A stretch of DNA of 42,430 nucleotides from a virus, in IMG/VR virus record IMGVR_UViG_3300045988_023308, one strand, 5' to 3'. The notes below the pieces were generated by a model, which saw nothing but the letters and a program-made list of their open reading frames with translations, was not told where the DNA came from and searched no databases. The position numbers and the translations under genes were made by a program. Positions 30,827 through 38,954 of this stretch are shown one piece after another (position 1 is the stretch's first letter; every line of letters starts with the position of its first letter).

Positions 30827-32246
30827 ACATTATCCCCCATTGACCACGGTAGTCATAAATTGCAGATTGTTTTTGATTGAAAAGTTTAAGAATTTTTGTA
30901 TCTCCATCCGACGGAAGCAAACCACCATACACATGGGTATGGCCGCTCCATTTCCATCCGGCATCCCGATATGTCGGTACAGTTAAACCATTCAAGGAAT
31001 TTACATGATGGTCGTTTCCGCGGAAAATCATACGTTCGCCTTTTCTGGTCAACATGGCAAACTCCACGCCCTCATGGGCAGACAGAGCAGCAATGTCTTT
31101 CAAACTGCATTCCCGTTTGCTGACAGATACAAAATCTCCGTCATTCTGCAAACTGTTAAGCAAAGTCCTTTGCTTTTTGCTAAGCGGTGCACCGGCATTT
31201 ACAAAATTCGGTTTTCCAATAGCGGAATTCCTGGCACTTACAGAATCACTCTTATCTGATGCTATTATACCACTTTTCCCGGATTTTTCAACACTTTCTT
31301 GCTCTTTTCCCGCTTTCCAGTCCTCATAGCTCACCCCGTCCAGTTTGGAAGCCCTGGGTGCGTCGCTTTGGTCGATACCCTTCACTACGGAAACCAAAGT
31401 GCATCGGCAATTGTAAATCAGATACCCCGGTGCTTGCGGGTCTCCGGGATATCGGATAGAATCACCGCCCACATGGAATGCCTCACCTACGGCTACTCTT
31501 TGACCGTCAAGCAGTCGGTGCTCGTGCCGGGTTCTGCCGTCCAGCGTAGCAAGCCACTCCTGTTCCAGTTCGATTCCGATAGATTGCGCATATTTGTAGG
31601 TATCGATTCTCCCGGCACATTCCGCCGCCGTGGTTGCCGTCCGGGCAGAGCGGACAGCGGCGTTCAAATCCATGCTTGCCACAGTCACAAGCCGCTTGGC
31701 AATGTCCTGGATGGGGTCGCCCAGCAGAATGCCTTTGTTGATAGCTGCCGTGATATGCTTCTGGTTCCAACGCTTATCAACAGGCACATCTACGGACGGA
31801 AGGGGAAGCAGGTTCGGCTCTTCCCGGATCAGGCGTTCCACCGTGCTATGGTCGTATAGCGTCCACGACAAATTGACGTTTGCTTTCTTCTCGATATCAT
31901 AAGCGGCATAATTGGCATTCAGGGCGTAAACGTCTTTTGCTTCGCCGTTCACAATTTTCATTGCGATTTTGTCGGCGTTGGTGAAATCCTCGGTCAGCAC
32001 ATCGATCATATCTCGCAAATGCTTTTCTTTGCCTAGCAGCTCTTGCCGCCATCCTGTATATGCCTTCTTTGACAGCTTCCCATCTGCAACGGCCTGCGCT
32101 TTCTTTTCGTCAAGCTCCCGGAATTCTGCCAGCACAGCAGAAAGCTTGTCCTTGGCTTCTGACAGAGTATCAGCATATACCTTTGCAATTCGCTTTTCCA
32201 TCACCGCCAATCGCTTGTCGGTCTCCTTGTGCCCATAATCGGCCAT
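30804..32246 (-). CDS. MuF/SPP1 gp7-like head morphogenesis protein with a C-terminal JAMM/MPN-motif domain
   Basis: Core motif ...DGRTRHEHRLLDGQ...YNCRCTL. The C-terminal 135 aa contain EFAML...GHTHVYGGLLPSDGD, which fits HxH-x7-S-xx-D. Confidence 0.7.
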   Translation of the reverse strand: MADYGHKETDKRLAVMEKRIAKVYADTLSEAKDKLSAVLAEFRELDEKKAQAVADGKLSKKAYTGWRQELLGKEKHLRDMIDVLTEDFTNADKIAMKIVNGEAKDVYALNANYAAYDIEKKANVNLSWTLYDHSTVERLIREEPNLLPLPSVDVPVDKRWNQKHITAAINKGILLGDPIQDIAKRLVTVASMDLNAAVRSARTATTAAECAGRIDTYKYAQSIGIELEQEWLATLDGRTRHEHRLLDGQRVAVGEAFHVGGDSIRYPGDPQAPGYLIYNCRCTLVSVVKGIDQSDAPRASKLDGVSYEDWKAGKEQESVEKSGKSGIIASDKSDSVSARNSAIGKPNFVNAGAPLSKKQRTLLNSLQNDGDFVSVSKRECSLKDIAALSAHEGVEFAMLTRKGERMIFRGNDHHVNSLNGLTVPTYRDAGWKWSGHTHVYGGLLPSDGDTKILKLFNQKQSAIYDYRGQWGIMYAEEKTD

Positions 32247-32249
32247 AGG

Positions 32250-33659
32250 TTAACCCTCCGGCGGCTGCTGCTCCTGCTGGTTTTCCTGTTGCTGATTCTG
32301 TGTACCATGATTCTGCATTGCGCCCATACGCTTCAAATCTGCCTCATCTCGCCGTTTCAGAATCTCCGGCACTTCCTCCGGCAATAGCCACGGCAAATGC
32401 CGAAGGGTCGTTTCATCGTCCAGGAATTCAGCTGCGGATATAACCATATTCGTGATTTCTGCCTGATTGATGACCTTGTTCCAGGTGAACGCCGGTTCCG
32501 GGTCATCGATTCCAGCCACAGCGCAAATCTGCCGGATAAAATCAATCAGGAAGTACTCGAAATCTGCGCACTTGTTATCCTGCGGCTGATATGCCGCCGA
32601 AATCTCCGTAGCGGTTTTTTCCGCAGCGGACAAAGCCGATACATCCAGCATTTGTGCATCTTCGTACAGGTCACGCCGCAAGATATCCAGCATGGTTTTT
32701 CGTGCTTCCACGGGTACATCCAGTGTGTGTGCCTCTGCTGCCGTGCCATCGCTGCCGTCAAGCATAGTAGCCTTGACGCTCTTCATCCGCTGCACAAATT
32801 GTGCCAAGTCTTTGTCATCCATGGCTCCGGTGTTTTTCAGAATCCAATATATGCCGCTGGTGTCGTCAATTTGGTTGGCAAACCCGGATTTGATGAAATC
32901 ATAGCAGTCGATGGAGCCACGCAGACCCACCAATTCGCTTTCGTGGGTGTCGTTGCCGTAAAGCGTAGCAATAGGGAGCCGGGTGTAATTCTCGTCGCAG
33001 ACATCTACAACGCCAAGGTCATTCCGTAGCTCTTTCAGGATATATGCCCGCTTCGCCGTTATCATGGTAGCATCGTCGCTGCCTTCCGCCGCCCACTCGC
33101 TCACGCCGTCCAATTCATACAGCGTTGCCCGGAAAAGCGTCTTGTTCCCGGTCTCCCGGAACCAGTACCGGATACCGGCCATCAGCTCAGAAGTGTTTTC
33201 ATCCAGCAGGGGAACGAAACCAGGATTTCCGGGAGTGTCGGCAAAAGAGAATACTTCCAGATGATCCAGATTCCAGTACCCGAAGGCTACGCCCTGCGCC
33301 AGAGCCAGTTTCGCCGCAGTCTGAAGCTTGTTATCAAAATCAGTGCCTAGCTTTTCTTTTTCGTCCATGCTCACGCCGTTTGCGCAGATGTAGCCCACTT
33401 CTTGCAGCACAAGCCGCCGAAACATCAGCGTTTTCAGCCGGTAGTCACTACTCCAAATGTCAGGCGTTTTGTTGCCGGACAGAGTAAAAAGGAATTTCTG
33501 GAATTTCTCGATGGTGATGTTATGCTTGTTGTAATACGCCATCCCGTCCACAGCATCTTTGTAGGCCTTGCTTCCCTGATGCTCCCGAACTGCCGAACGC
33601 AGAAATCCGCCCAGCGTTCCCTTCGTGATTGCTTCCTGCAAATCCTGGTATGTCTTCAT
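32250..33659 (-). CDS. Portal protein
   Basis: ATG at 33659 after GGAGGG. 469 aa, located between TerL and MuF. Confidence 0.8.
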   Translation of the reverse strand: MKTYQDLQEAITKGTLGGFLRSAVREHQGSKAYKDAVDGMAYYNKHNITIEKFQKFLFTLSGNKTPDIWSSDYRLKTLMFRRLVLQEVGYICANGVSMDEKEKLGTDFDNKLQTAAKLALAQGVAFGYWNLDHLEVFSFADTPGNPGFVPLLDENTSELMAGIRYWFRETGNKTLFRATLYELDGVSEWAAEGSDDATMITAKRAYILKELRNDLGVVDVCDENYTRLPIATLYGNDTHESELVGLRGSIDCYDFIKSGFANQIDDTSGIYWILKNTGAMDDKDLAQFVQRMKSVKATMLDGSDGTAAEAHTLDVPVEARKTMLDILRRDLYEDAQMLDVSALSAAEKTATEISAAYQPQDNKCADFEYFLIDFIRQICAVAGIDDPEPAFTWNKVINQAEITNMVISAAEFLDDETTLRHLPWLLPEEVPEILKRRDEADLKRMGAMQNHGTQNQQQENQQEQQPPEG

Positions 33660-33691
33660 TCGTTCCCTCCAAAGTATCAAATTTCAGTTGC

Positions 33692-34972
33692 TTACAAAAA
33701 TGCAGCAGCTGCCGGGTCAAGTGTAGTTTCTTTTTTGCTCCACAGTCGTTTGACGATGCAGGACAGGCTATCCGGTGCATCATCATGCTCGGCTTCTTCG
33801 TTGTAGTCGCAAATCTGGTTGATGTACGCTTTGTCCGTTCCATCCACAAACACGACATTTTTCCACTCAGGCTTTAGCACGCTGGAAATCTTCTCGAATT
33901 TGTTCTGGTTTTCGTGGTACTCCACACACCGTTCTCCACGCCGCCGCAAATCCTTTGCCAGATAGCCCTTGTCACCGTTGTTCTCGCAGTAAATCACACC
34001 GGCATTAAACATTTTCCGATACCGGATAATATCGTCCTTGCAATCATCAACGTGCTTTCTCCACATCTTCCCGAACACATAGTATTTTCCATTGCGTTTC
34101 TTGCAGATGGTAAATGCCGTGTAGTCCTCGCCGCCATAGGCAGCATCCACATGGCAAATGCCCTGTTCCGCAAGGGCAGGGTCAGCACCAGTTACCGGGT
34201 CACGGAATATCACATCATCTGACGCAATGTGCCGTAGTTCGTAGTTTGCGGCAAACAGGGAAGCGGTCATGCTGTCCCGGATTTTGGCAAGCGTCTCTGT
34301 GGATATAAGCCCGGTCTGGTAGCAGTCGTACCGTTCCGCTTCTGGCATCAGCGTGAAACAGTCTTCTTTGTGCCAGGGTGTGCCAGTGTTAAATATCCTG
34401 CCGCCCCGGTTCTTGATATTCTGCAATTCTTGGTAGATGATTTTCGTATGGTCACGCTCTGCCTTGGAGATGCGGTCTTGAACATTTACTATATCGTCTG
34501 TGAAAATAATATCGAAGTGCTTACCCGTCAGGGAGCCGGAAATACCACAGCCGTAAAGCTGCACTGTTCCTTTTGCGTCCTGGGAAAGATTGGTGTTGAT
34601 CTCCACAGCTGATGCGGTAGTCAACGCCAGCGGTCTTCCGTGTATTACTTCGCAAACAGCCTGCATATACGGTGACATAAGGATATTTTGCACCTGCCAG
34701 ATGACCTCTTTCACGTCGCTGTCCGTTTTGCGCATGAACATAATTTTTTTGTTCGGCAGCAGCACGATCAGGCAGGCCAGGGAGATAGACACGCAGGTTG
34801 TCTTGTAACTGCCCCGGTGCGCCTGCAACGTCTTATCAGACTTTGACCGTATCATTTCGCACATCCATGTGTTATGCAGCTTGACGGTCAAATCCTTGAA
34901 GCCAACAGCCCAGCCGATTTTTATCGGCTCATCCTTCAGCAGCTTCACCGCCTGTTCCGCTGTCATCTCCAA
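33692..34972 (-). CDS. terL: Terminase large subunit
   Basis: QAHRGSYKTT (Walker A-like), IIFTDDIV (Walker B-like), C-terminal nuclease motif EHDDAPDS. Confidence 0.85.
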   Translation of the reverse strand: MEMTAEQAVKLLKDEPIKIGWAVGFKDLTVKLHNTWMCEMIRSKSDKTLQAHRGSYKTTCVSISLACLIVLLPNKKIMFMRKTDSDVKEVIWQVQNILMSPYMQAVCEVIHGRPLALTTASAVEINTNLSQDAKGTVQLYGCGISGSLTGKHFDIIFTDDIVNVQDRISKAERDHTKIIYQELQNIKNRGGRIFNTGTPWHKEDCFTLMPEAERYDCYQTGLISTETLAKIRDSMTASLFAANYELRHIASDDVIFRDPVTGADPALAEQGICHVDAAYGGEDYTAFTICKKRNGKYYVFGKMWRKHVDDCKDDIIRYRKMFNAGVIYCENNGDKGYLAKDLRRRGERCVEYHENQNKFEKISSVLKPEWKNVVFVDGTDKAYINQICDYNEEAEHDDAPDSLSCIVKRLWSKKETTLDPAAAAFL

Positions 34973-35309
34973 TCACCATCTTTTCCAGCTCATCCAGCGC
35001 AATGCCCTTTGCATCGGCTACGGTCACATCCACATTGTCCCGCTGATCAAGGTACTGCTTGCCAAGCCAAATAGCCATAGATGCGGACTTTTCTGCAAGC
35101 TGCCATTGCTTACGCCGCAGTGATATTTTCCCCATTCCACGCTTTTGCGAAAAAACTTCGGAGAAACCCGCATGATATGTGCGTTTACACCATGATTCAA
35201 GCGTTTTGTCAGTCACGTCAAAAAAAGCACAAATTTCCAGTTTTGTACACTGAATTCCACATAGATTTTCAAATTCTTTTTGCTTGATTTCCTTCCTTGG
35301 TCTTCCCAT
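34929..35309 (-). CDS. terS: Terminase small subunit
   Basis: ATG at 35309 after AAAGGAGGGAGG. MGRPRKEIKQKEFENLCGIQCTKLEICAFFDVTDKTLESWCKR...SLRRKQWQLAEKSASMAIWLGKQYLDQRD. Confidence 0.75.
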   Translation of the reverse strand: MGRPRKEIKQKEFENLCGIQCTKLEICAFFDVTDKTLESWCKRTYHAGFSEVFSQKRGMGKISLRRKQWQLAEKSASMAIWLGKQYLDQRDNVDVTVADAKGIALDELEKMVIGDDSGTGGEAAEG

Positions 35310-35347
35310 ACGCGCCCTCCCTCCTTTTGGCACAGTACACGGCATTT

Positions 35348-35422
35348 TGGAGCAGCGAGGTCGGAGTTGAACCGCCATCTTTCCGCGGGATGCGGAATGT
35401 TTTACCGTTAAACCACCGCCGC
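35348..35422 (-). tRNA. tRNA-like cloverleaf with encoded CCA (non-canonical; possible pseudo-tRNA or tRNA-like regulatory RNA)
   Basis: GCGGCGG TG GTTT AACGGTA AAAC A TTCCG CATCCCG CGGAA AGAT GGCGG TTCAACT CCG(A)CC TCGCTGC T CCA. U8, A14, GG18-19 and the T-loop are canonical. Deviations are A33, a bulged A in the T stem, and G3.U70. Confidence 0.5.
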
Positions 35423-35433
35423 ATATTGCCGTG

Positions 35434-36171
35434 TTATTGATGCCTTTCTGCTTGCGTTACCTTTTCCCCTTTGTACATTCCAGCGCCCATTTCGTCGATT
35501 TTGGAAAACGGAATAATCGGAACGGTAAGCCGGTCTCTATATGTTTTGTCAATAAAATAGATATATCGGAACATCTTCCCTTCAAGGATTTCCCCGCCGA
35601 ACTGTTCGACGCACTTCTCCAGCGTGAAGTTTTTCCCATGTGTCCTCTCTAAAATATACCTTGACAATGCGCTGCATTTATTCTGCACTTTCATTCTGTG
35701 GGCAACTGACCCGCCGTTTATTTTCACGAGGTAATCAGGAAGTTTCCACATTGATCCGCTTGAATAACCTGTCAAAACAAACCCGCTTGCACGATAAATT
35801 GTTCCGTCACCGCATTGGCAACCATCCGCAAACGAAATGACCCATTTGATTTGCGGCGCGTTTTTGCGGATTAGTTTCATTGCAATCGAAATCGCACGGC
35901 TTTCACTATTGCGTGGGAGAATATCGTCAAACGCCATGCGGTTCAATTCGATGAATTCGTTCCACCCGGTTCCCTCAACAAGCCCTTGGATTTTAGACTT
36001 ATCTAAAGACGGGCCAAAGGACATAACGCCGTGAAGTCTGCCTTCGTAAAACACGCCGAAATGCAAATTGCTGTTATTTACAACCTTTCCGCTGTAATGG
36101 TGTGTTTTCACAAACGGAACGGCAACCTTGCTCGGAATAACTTTTACAATCAAGTCCTTTGCGCTGCCCAT
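35434..36171 (-). CDS. Mom-like GNAT-fold protein (adenine methylcarbamoylation family candidate)
   Basis: VIPSKVAVPFVKTHHYSGKV...FGVFYEGRLHGVMSFGPS...ELNRMAF...NSESRAISIAMKLIRK...ISFADGCQCGDGTIYRASGFVLTG. RBS GAGGTGA. Confidence 0.55.
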   Translation of the reverse strand: MGSAKDLIVKVIPSKVAVPFVKTHHYSGKVVNNSNLHFGVFYEGRLHGVMSFGPSLDKSKIQGLVEGTGWNEFIELNRMAFDDILPRNSESRAISIAMKLIRKNAPQIKWVISFADGCQCGDGTIYRASGFVLTGYSSGSMWKLPDYLVKINGGSVAHRMKVQNKCSALSRYILERTHGKNFTLEKCVEQFGGEILEGKMFRYIYFIDKTYRDRLTVPIIPFSKIDEMGAGMYKGEKVTQAERHQ

Positions 36172-36725
36172 TGCCGTATCACCTCATATAATGCGTTCCC
36201 GTTTTTATTGGCGTTGCCAAACGTTTCTGTTATTTCATCTTCAACACACGTCATGGCATATTCGATCAATTCTTTTTGCTGTTCATGGAGCGTGAATGTC
36301 ATTTGGCAGATTTCCGATTTGTTCCCATCCGGCAAGGAAAAATCAGTTCCGTACTCATCCTCGTTTTCAATCCCCCAATCAAAGTCAAACGCCGACAAAT
36401 CCAGTTCCGGCAGCTCCTCCACCAGCAAGTCCATATCCCATGGGCTTTCGTTGGTTTTGTTGTCCACTAGCCGCAGGGCGTTCACCTGTTCCGGCGTCAG
36501 ATCATCCACGCAGACACAAGGGACGGTTTTCATGCCCAGCTTCTTTGCAGCTTCCGCTCTGCAATGCCCAATGACGATCACGCCGTCACGATCAATGACA
36601 ACCGGCTGCACAAAACCGTACTGCTTGATACTCTCTGCCACGTTGGCAATCTGCTTTTTGTCGTGCTTCTTTGCGTTCTTCGCATACGGCACAATTTCGC
36701 TTAGTTTCTTCTGGATAATATTCAT
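36150..36725 (-). CDS. ParB-like nuclease domain protein
   Basis: LSEIVPYAKNAKKHDKKQIANVAESIKQYGFVQPVVIDRDGVIVIGHCRAEAAKKLG (ParB N-terminal/sulfiredoxin fold). Confidence 0.75.
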   Translation of the reverse strand: MNIIQKKLSEIVPYAKNAKKHDKKQIANVAESIKQYGFVQPVVIDRDGVIVIGHCRAEAAKKLGMKTVPCVCVDDLTPEQVNALRLVDNKTNESPWDMDLLVEELPELDLSAFDFDWGIENEDEYGTDFSLPDGNKSEICQMTFTLHEQQKELIEYAMTCVEDEITETFGNANKNGNALYEVIRQWAAQRT

Positions 36726-36780
36726 AAAATCCCTCCGTTTGAATTAACAGTATCATTATTTTGTGGCTTTGATACACATT

Positions 36781-37092
36781 TCACAGAAAACCGGCTTCTT
36801 TTGCCACGGCATAGACGAATTCTCGGTTCCAGTCCCGTGCCGTGCCTTCCGAAATATGCAGTTGCACGGCGGCACCGGTAACGTTGTACCGCCGTTTTCT
36901 GTAAACTAAATCTATCATGGCAAGCCGCTCTTTGCCTCTGTATTGGCTTTCCGTTTTCTCCAATACATTTTTGACAGCCTCGTCAAATTTAGCTTTTTGC
37001 GCCGCTCCCTGGGCTTGCGCCATGTCGCAGCCGAAACTGCACATTATGGATTTTTTAACGTAATCATGCCACAGATATTTCGGCCTTGACAT
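36781..37092 (-). CDS. Late transcriptional activator candidate (ArpU/RinA-like, sigma-70 region-4 HTH)
   Basis: ATG at 37092 after AAGGAG. C-terminal RRYNVTGAAVQLHISEGTARDWNREFVYAVAKEAGFL. Located upstream of the packaging genes. Confidence 0.5.
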   Translation of the reverse strand: MSRPKYLWHDYVKKSIMCSFGCDMAQAQGAAQKAKFDEAVKNVLEKTESQYRGKERLAMIDLVYRKRRYNVTGAAVQLHISEGTARDWNREFVYAVAKEAGFL

Positions 37093-37108
37093 GGCATAAG
37101 CTCCTTTC

Positions 37109-37504
37109 TTACGGCTTCGTTTCCACGGTAACAAAATCCGGACTGTGAATATACATCTTGTAATGATACGGGTCGGTGTGGGTGCCGGTGATGTCCTCAA
37201 CGATATACAGGGTGTAAACATTCAGGTAGACATAATTTTTCTTGTACTGGCTAGGGCCTACCTTGCAGGTCACTACCAGTTCATTCTCGGCGTTGTTGGA
37301 AATAGATATGTAACCCTCAATTTCCAGAACTATCTTGTCCGTCCGGGCATTGTATACCGTCACCCGGCGTTCGGCTTCAAAATAGTTTGCCTGCTTGCTG
37401 ATGTTGTGGTTTACCTTGCTTGCCTCGGAACACCCAACCATAAACCAGGCCAGAGCCGCAGCCAGTAGCACGACCAACACCAGCGAAATAATACGTTTTT
37501 TCAT
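37109..37504 (-). CDS. Lipoprotein
   Basis: ATG at 37504 after AAGGAG. MKKRIISLVLVVLLAAALAWFMVGCSE (lipobox MVGC). Confidence 0.7.
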   Translation of the reverse strand: MKKRIISLVLVVLLAAALAWFMVGCSEASKVNHNISKQANYFEAERRVTVYNARTDKIVLEIEGYISISNNAENELVVTCKVGPSQYKKNYVYLNVYTLYIVEDITGTHTDPYHYKMYIHSPDFVTVETKP

Positions 37505-37650
37505 AAAATCACTCCTTAAAAACTTTCCCGTCCTTGTAAATCTTGTGCCCCCCGGCTCGGAGGAGCTTTCGCTCCTCCTGCTACGGAAAGGTTGCCTCGC
37601 TCTCATAGGCAAGGCGCACCCCGTCCCGCTTCACTTCCCAAAAGGGCTTT

Positions 37651-37953
37651 TTATCCTCCATTGCTCACCGCCGCTCTTTCCGCCGCTTTCCTGTCCCGGT
37701 ATCGCTGGGCGGCTTGTCTGTCGCAGAATGTCCGCTGGCAATCAAAGCTGCAATAGACTTTCCGCTTGGTCGTACTGTCGTAAAACATTTTTCCACAGTT
37801 GGGGCATATTTTGGGAGTGCCCTGTGGGGCTTCCACGTCCTCCCTATCGCTTTTAATCGGCGGGTGGTATCCGTGCATTGCCATGTACTTGCCGTAGCTC
37901 ATCCCGGCCTCCTGGGCGGCTATGGAGCACAGGGTGAGATAGTCTAGTTTCAT
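37651..37953 (-). CDS. Hypothetical Zn-ribbon protein
   Basis: ATGA coupling at 37953. CPNCGKMF...CSFDC. Confidence 0.5.
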   Translation of the reverse strand: MKLDYLTLCSIAAQEAGMSYGKYMAMHGYHPPIKSDREDVEAPQGTPKICPNCGKMFYDSTTKRKVYCSFDCQRTFCDRQAAQRYRDRKAAERAAVSNGG

Positions 37954-38081
37954 GCCTTTTCCCATGGCCCCCTCCAATCACAAATCCTCAAAATTCTTGC
38001 AACATCGGCAATGTAATTTGCCTCGTTCCGGGAAAGCAGAAACTTCCCCATCAGAAGTTTAATAAAGCGTTTACGTTTCAT
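37950..38081 (-). CDS. Hypothetical 43-aa protein
   Basis: MKRKRFIKLLMGKFLLSRNEANYIADVARIL. It overlaps both neighbours, consistent with translational coupling. Confidence 0.4.
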   Translation of the reverse strand: MKRKRFIKLLMGKFLLSRNEANYIADVARILRICDWRGPWEKA

Positions 38082-38235
38082 CCGTTTTTCCCCATAGCAC
38101 CTTGAATTCTGCCCCGTCGTACAATTTATCGCTTCCAACCGTGGAAGATACCAGCAGAAGTTCTCCGTCTTTCTCCCTCACACCAGAAATACAAATGCAG
38201 CGCATTCCATCCGGAATATCAAGTGTGATTTTCAT
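38071..38235 (-). CDS. Hypothetical 54-aa protein (below ORF-track cutoff)
   Basis: ATG at 38235 after AGGAGG. MKITLDIPDGMRCICISGVREKDGELLLVSSTVGSDKLYDGAEFKVLWGKTDET. Confidence 0.5.
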   Translation of the reverse strand: MKITLDIPDGMRCICISGVREKDGELLLVSSTVGSDKLYDGAEFKVLWGKTDET

Positions 38236-38389
38236 TATAAAAATCCTCCTTTCTCGGCATCTGTTTCAGCCACCGTATGACGGAAAAGAACCGAATGCGT
38301 GACGGCTGATTTTTCGCCCATCGCTCAATGGCGGCAGCGTAAGCAATTCTAGCGTTAAGGCGCTTACGGTGTTCTTGTCTTTCACTCAT
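38219..38389 (-). CDS. Hypothetical small protein
   Basis: ATG at 38389, 7 nt after GGAGGT. MSERQEHRKRLNARIAYAAAIERW... Confidence 0.45.
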   Translation of the reverse strand: MSERQEHRKRLNARIAYAAAIERWAKNQPSRIRFFSVIRWLKQMPRKEDFYNENHT

Positions 38390-38567
38390 TCCCAATACCT
38401 CCATTTTTCGTAAGATATTTAATTTCTTCTTGCAACAGCGTTCGATTGCTCATGATAATATGTGATTCTGTAGTCCTGTTGGGGCAAGCCACGCACTCGC
38501 ACTTATAGGGCGGCTTGCTCTCATTTCCCCCTCTGCACAAACATTGGTAATTGAAGCAGTCTGTCAC
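38382..38567 (-). CDS. Hypothetical Cys-rich small protein
   Basis: GTG start. CFNYQCLCRGG...YKCECVACPN. Confidence 0.4.
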   Translation of the reverse strand: MTDCFNYQCLCRGGNESKPPYKCECVACPNRTTESHIIMSNRTLLQEEIKYLTKNGGIGNE

Positions 38568-38573
38568 TTTCCG

Positions 38574-38954
38574 TCACCCCTTCGGCGGTTCAGGCATCGG
38601 CATCCAGTGGGTGATTTCAATGTCGCTATCCACCAAGTCCGTTTCGTTCGTGCCGTACTCGGCAAGCAAATCTTCACAAACGCACGACCACCAATACCAC
38701 TTTTCCCTGTAATAGACAGCAGTCGCTTTTTGCGGTACGTCCTTAATTTTCCCGTAATACGGCTCTGGTCTGTGATTTACCCACACCACATTTACAGGCT
38801 CAAGTTCCTCCGGCGGTCTCTCACTGCACGGAATCCACCTTGTCCGCTCCAACGCCTCCATGCCCATTCGGCAGGCCTCTATCACAGGGTCTATGCTTTC
38901 GTAATGCTCCCGGTGTTCCGGGTCAAGAATTTCAATCGCTCGGTCAATTGTCAT
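38574..38954 (-). CDS. DUF551 domain protein
   Basis: WIPCSERPPEELEPVNVVW...ITHWMPMPEPPKG is the DUF551 signature. Confidence 0.7.
   Translation of the reverse strand: MTIDRAIEILDPEHREHYESIDPVIEACRMGMEALERTRWIPCSERPPEELEPVNVVWVNHRPEPYYGKIKDVPQKATAVYYREKWYWWSCVCEDLLAEYGTNETDLVDSDIEITHWMPMPEPPKG

Noticed and set aside
35310-35378. N-terminal extension of TerS (MAVQLRPRCSKMPCTVPKGGRAR...) given by the ORF track
   Set aside because: The ATG at 35378 lies inside the tRNA-like element (its T-arm) and has no RBS. The ATG at 35309 follows AAAGGAGGGAGG and starts the conserved MGRPRK TerS N-terminus.
37505-37650. Structured intergenic region considered as a terminator or riboswitch
   Set aside because: The hairpins are clear, but there is no U-tract and I recognise no riboswitch consensus. 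It is recorded only as a note under the lipoprotein finding.
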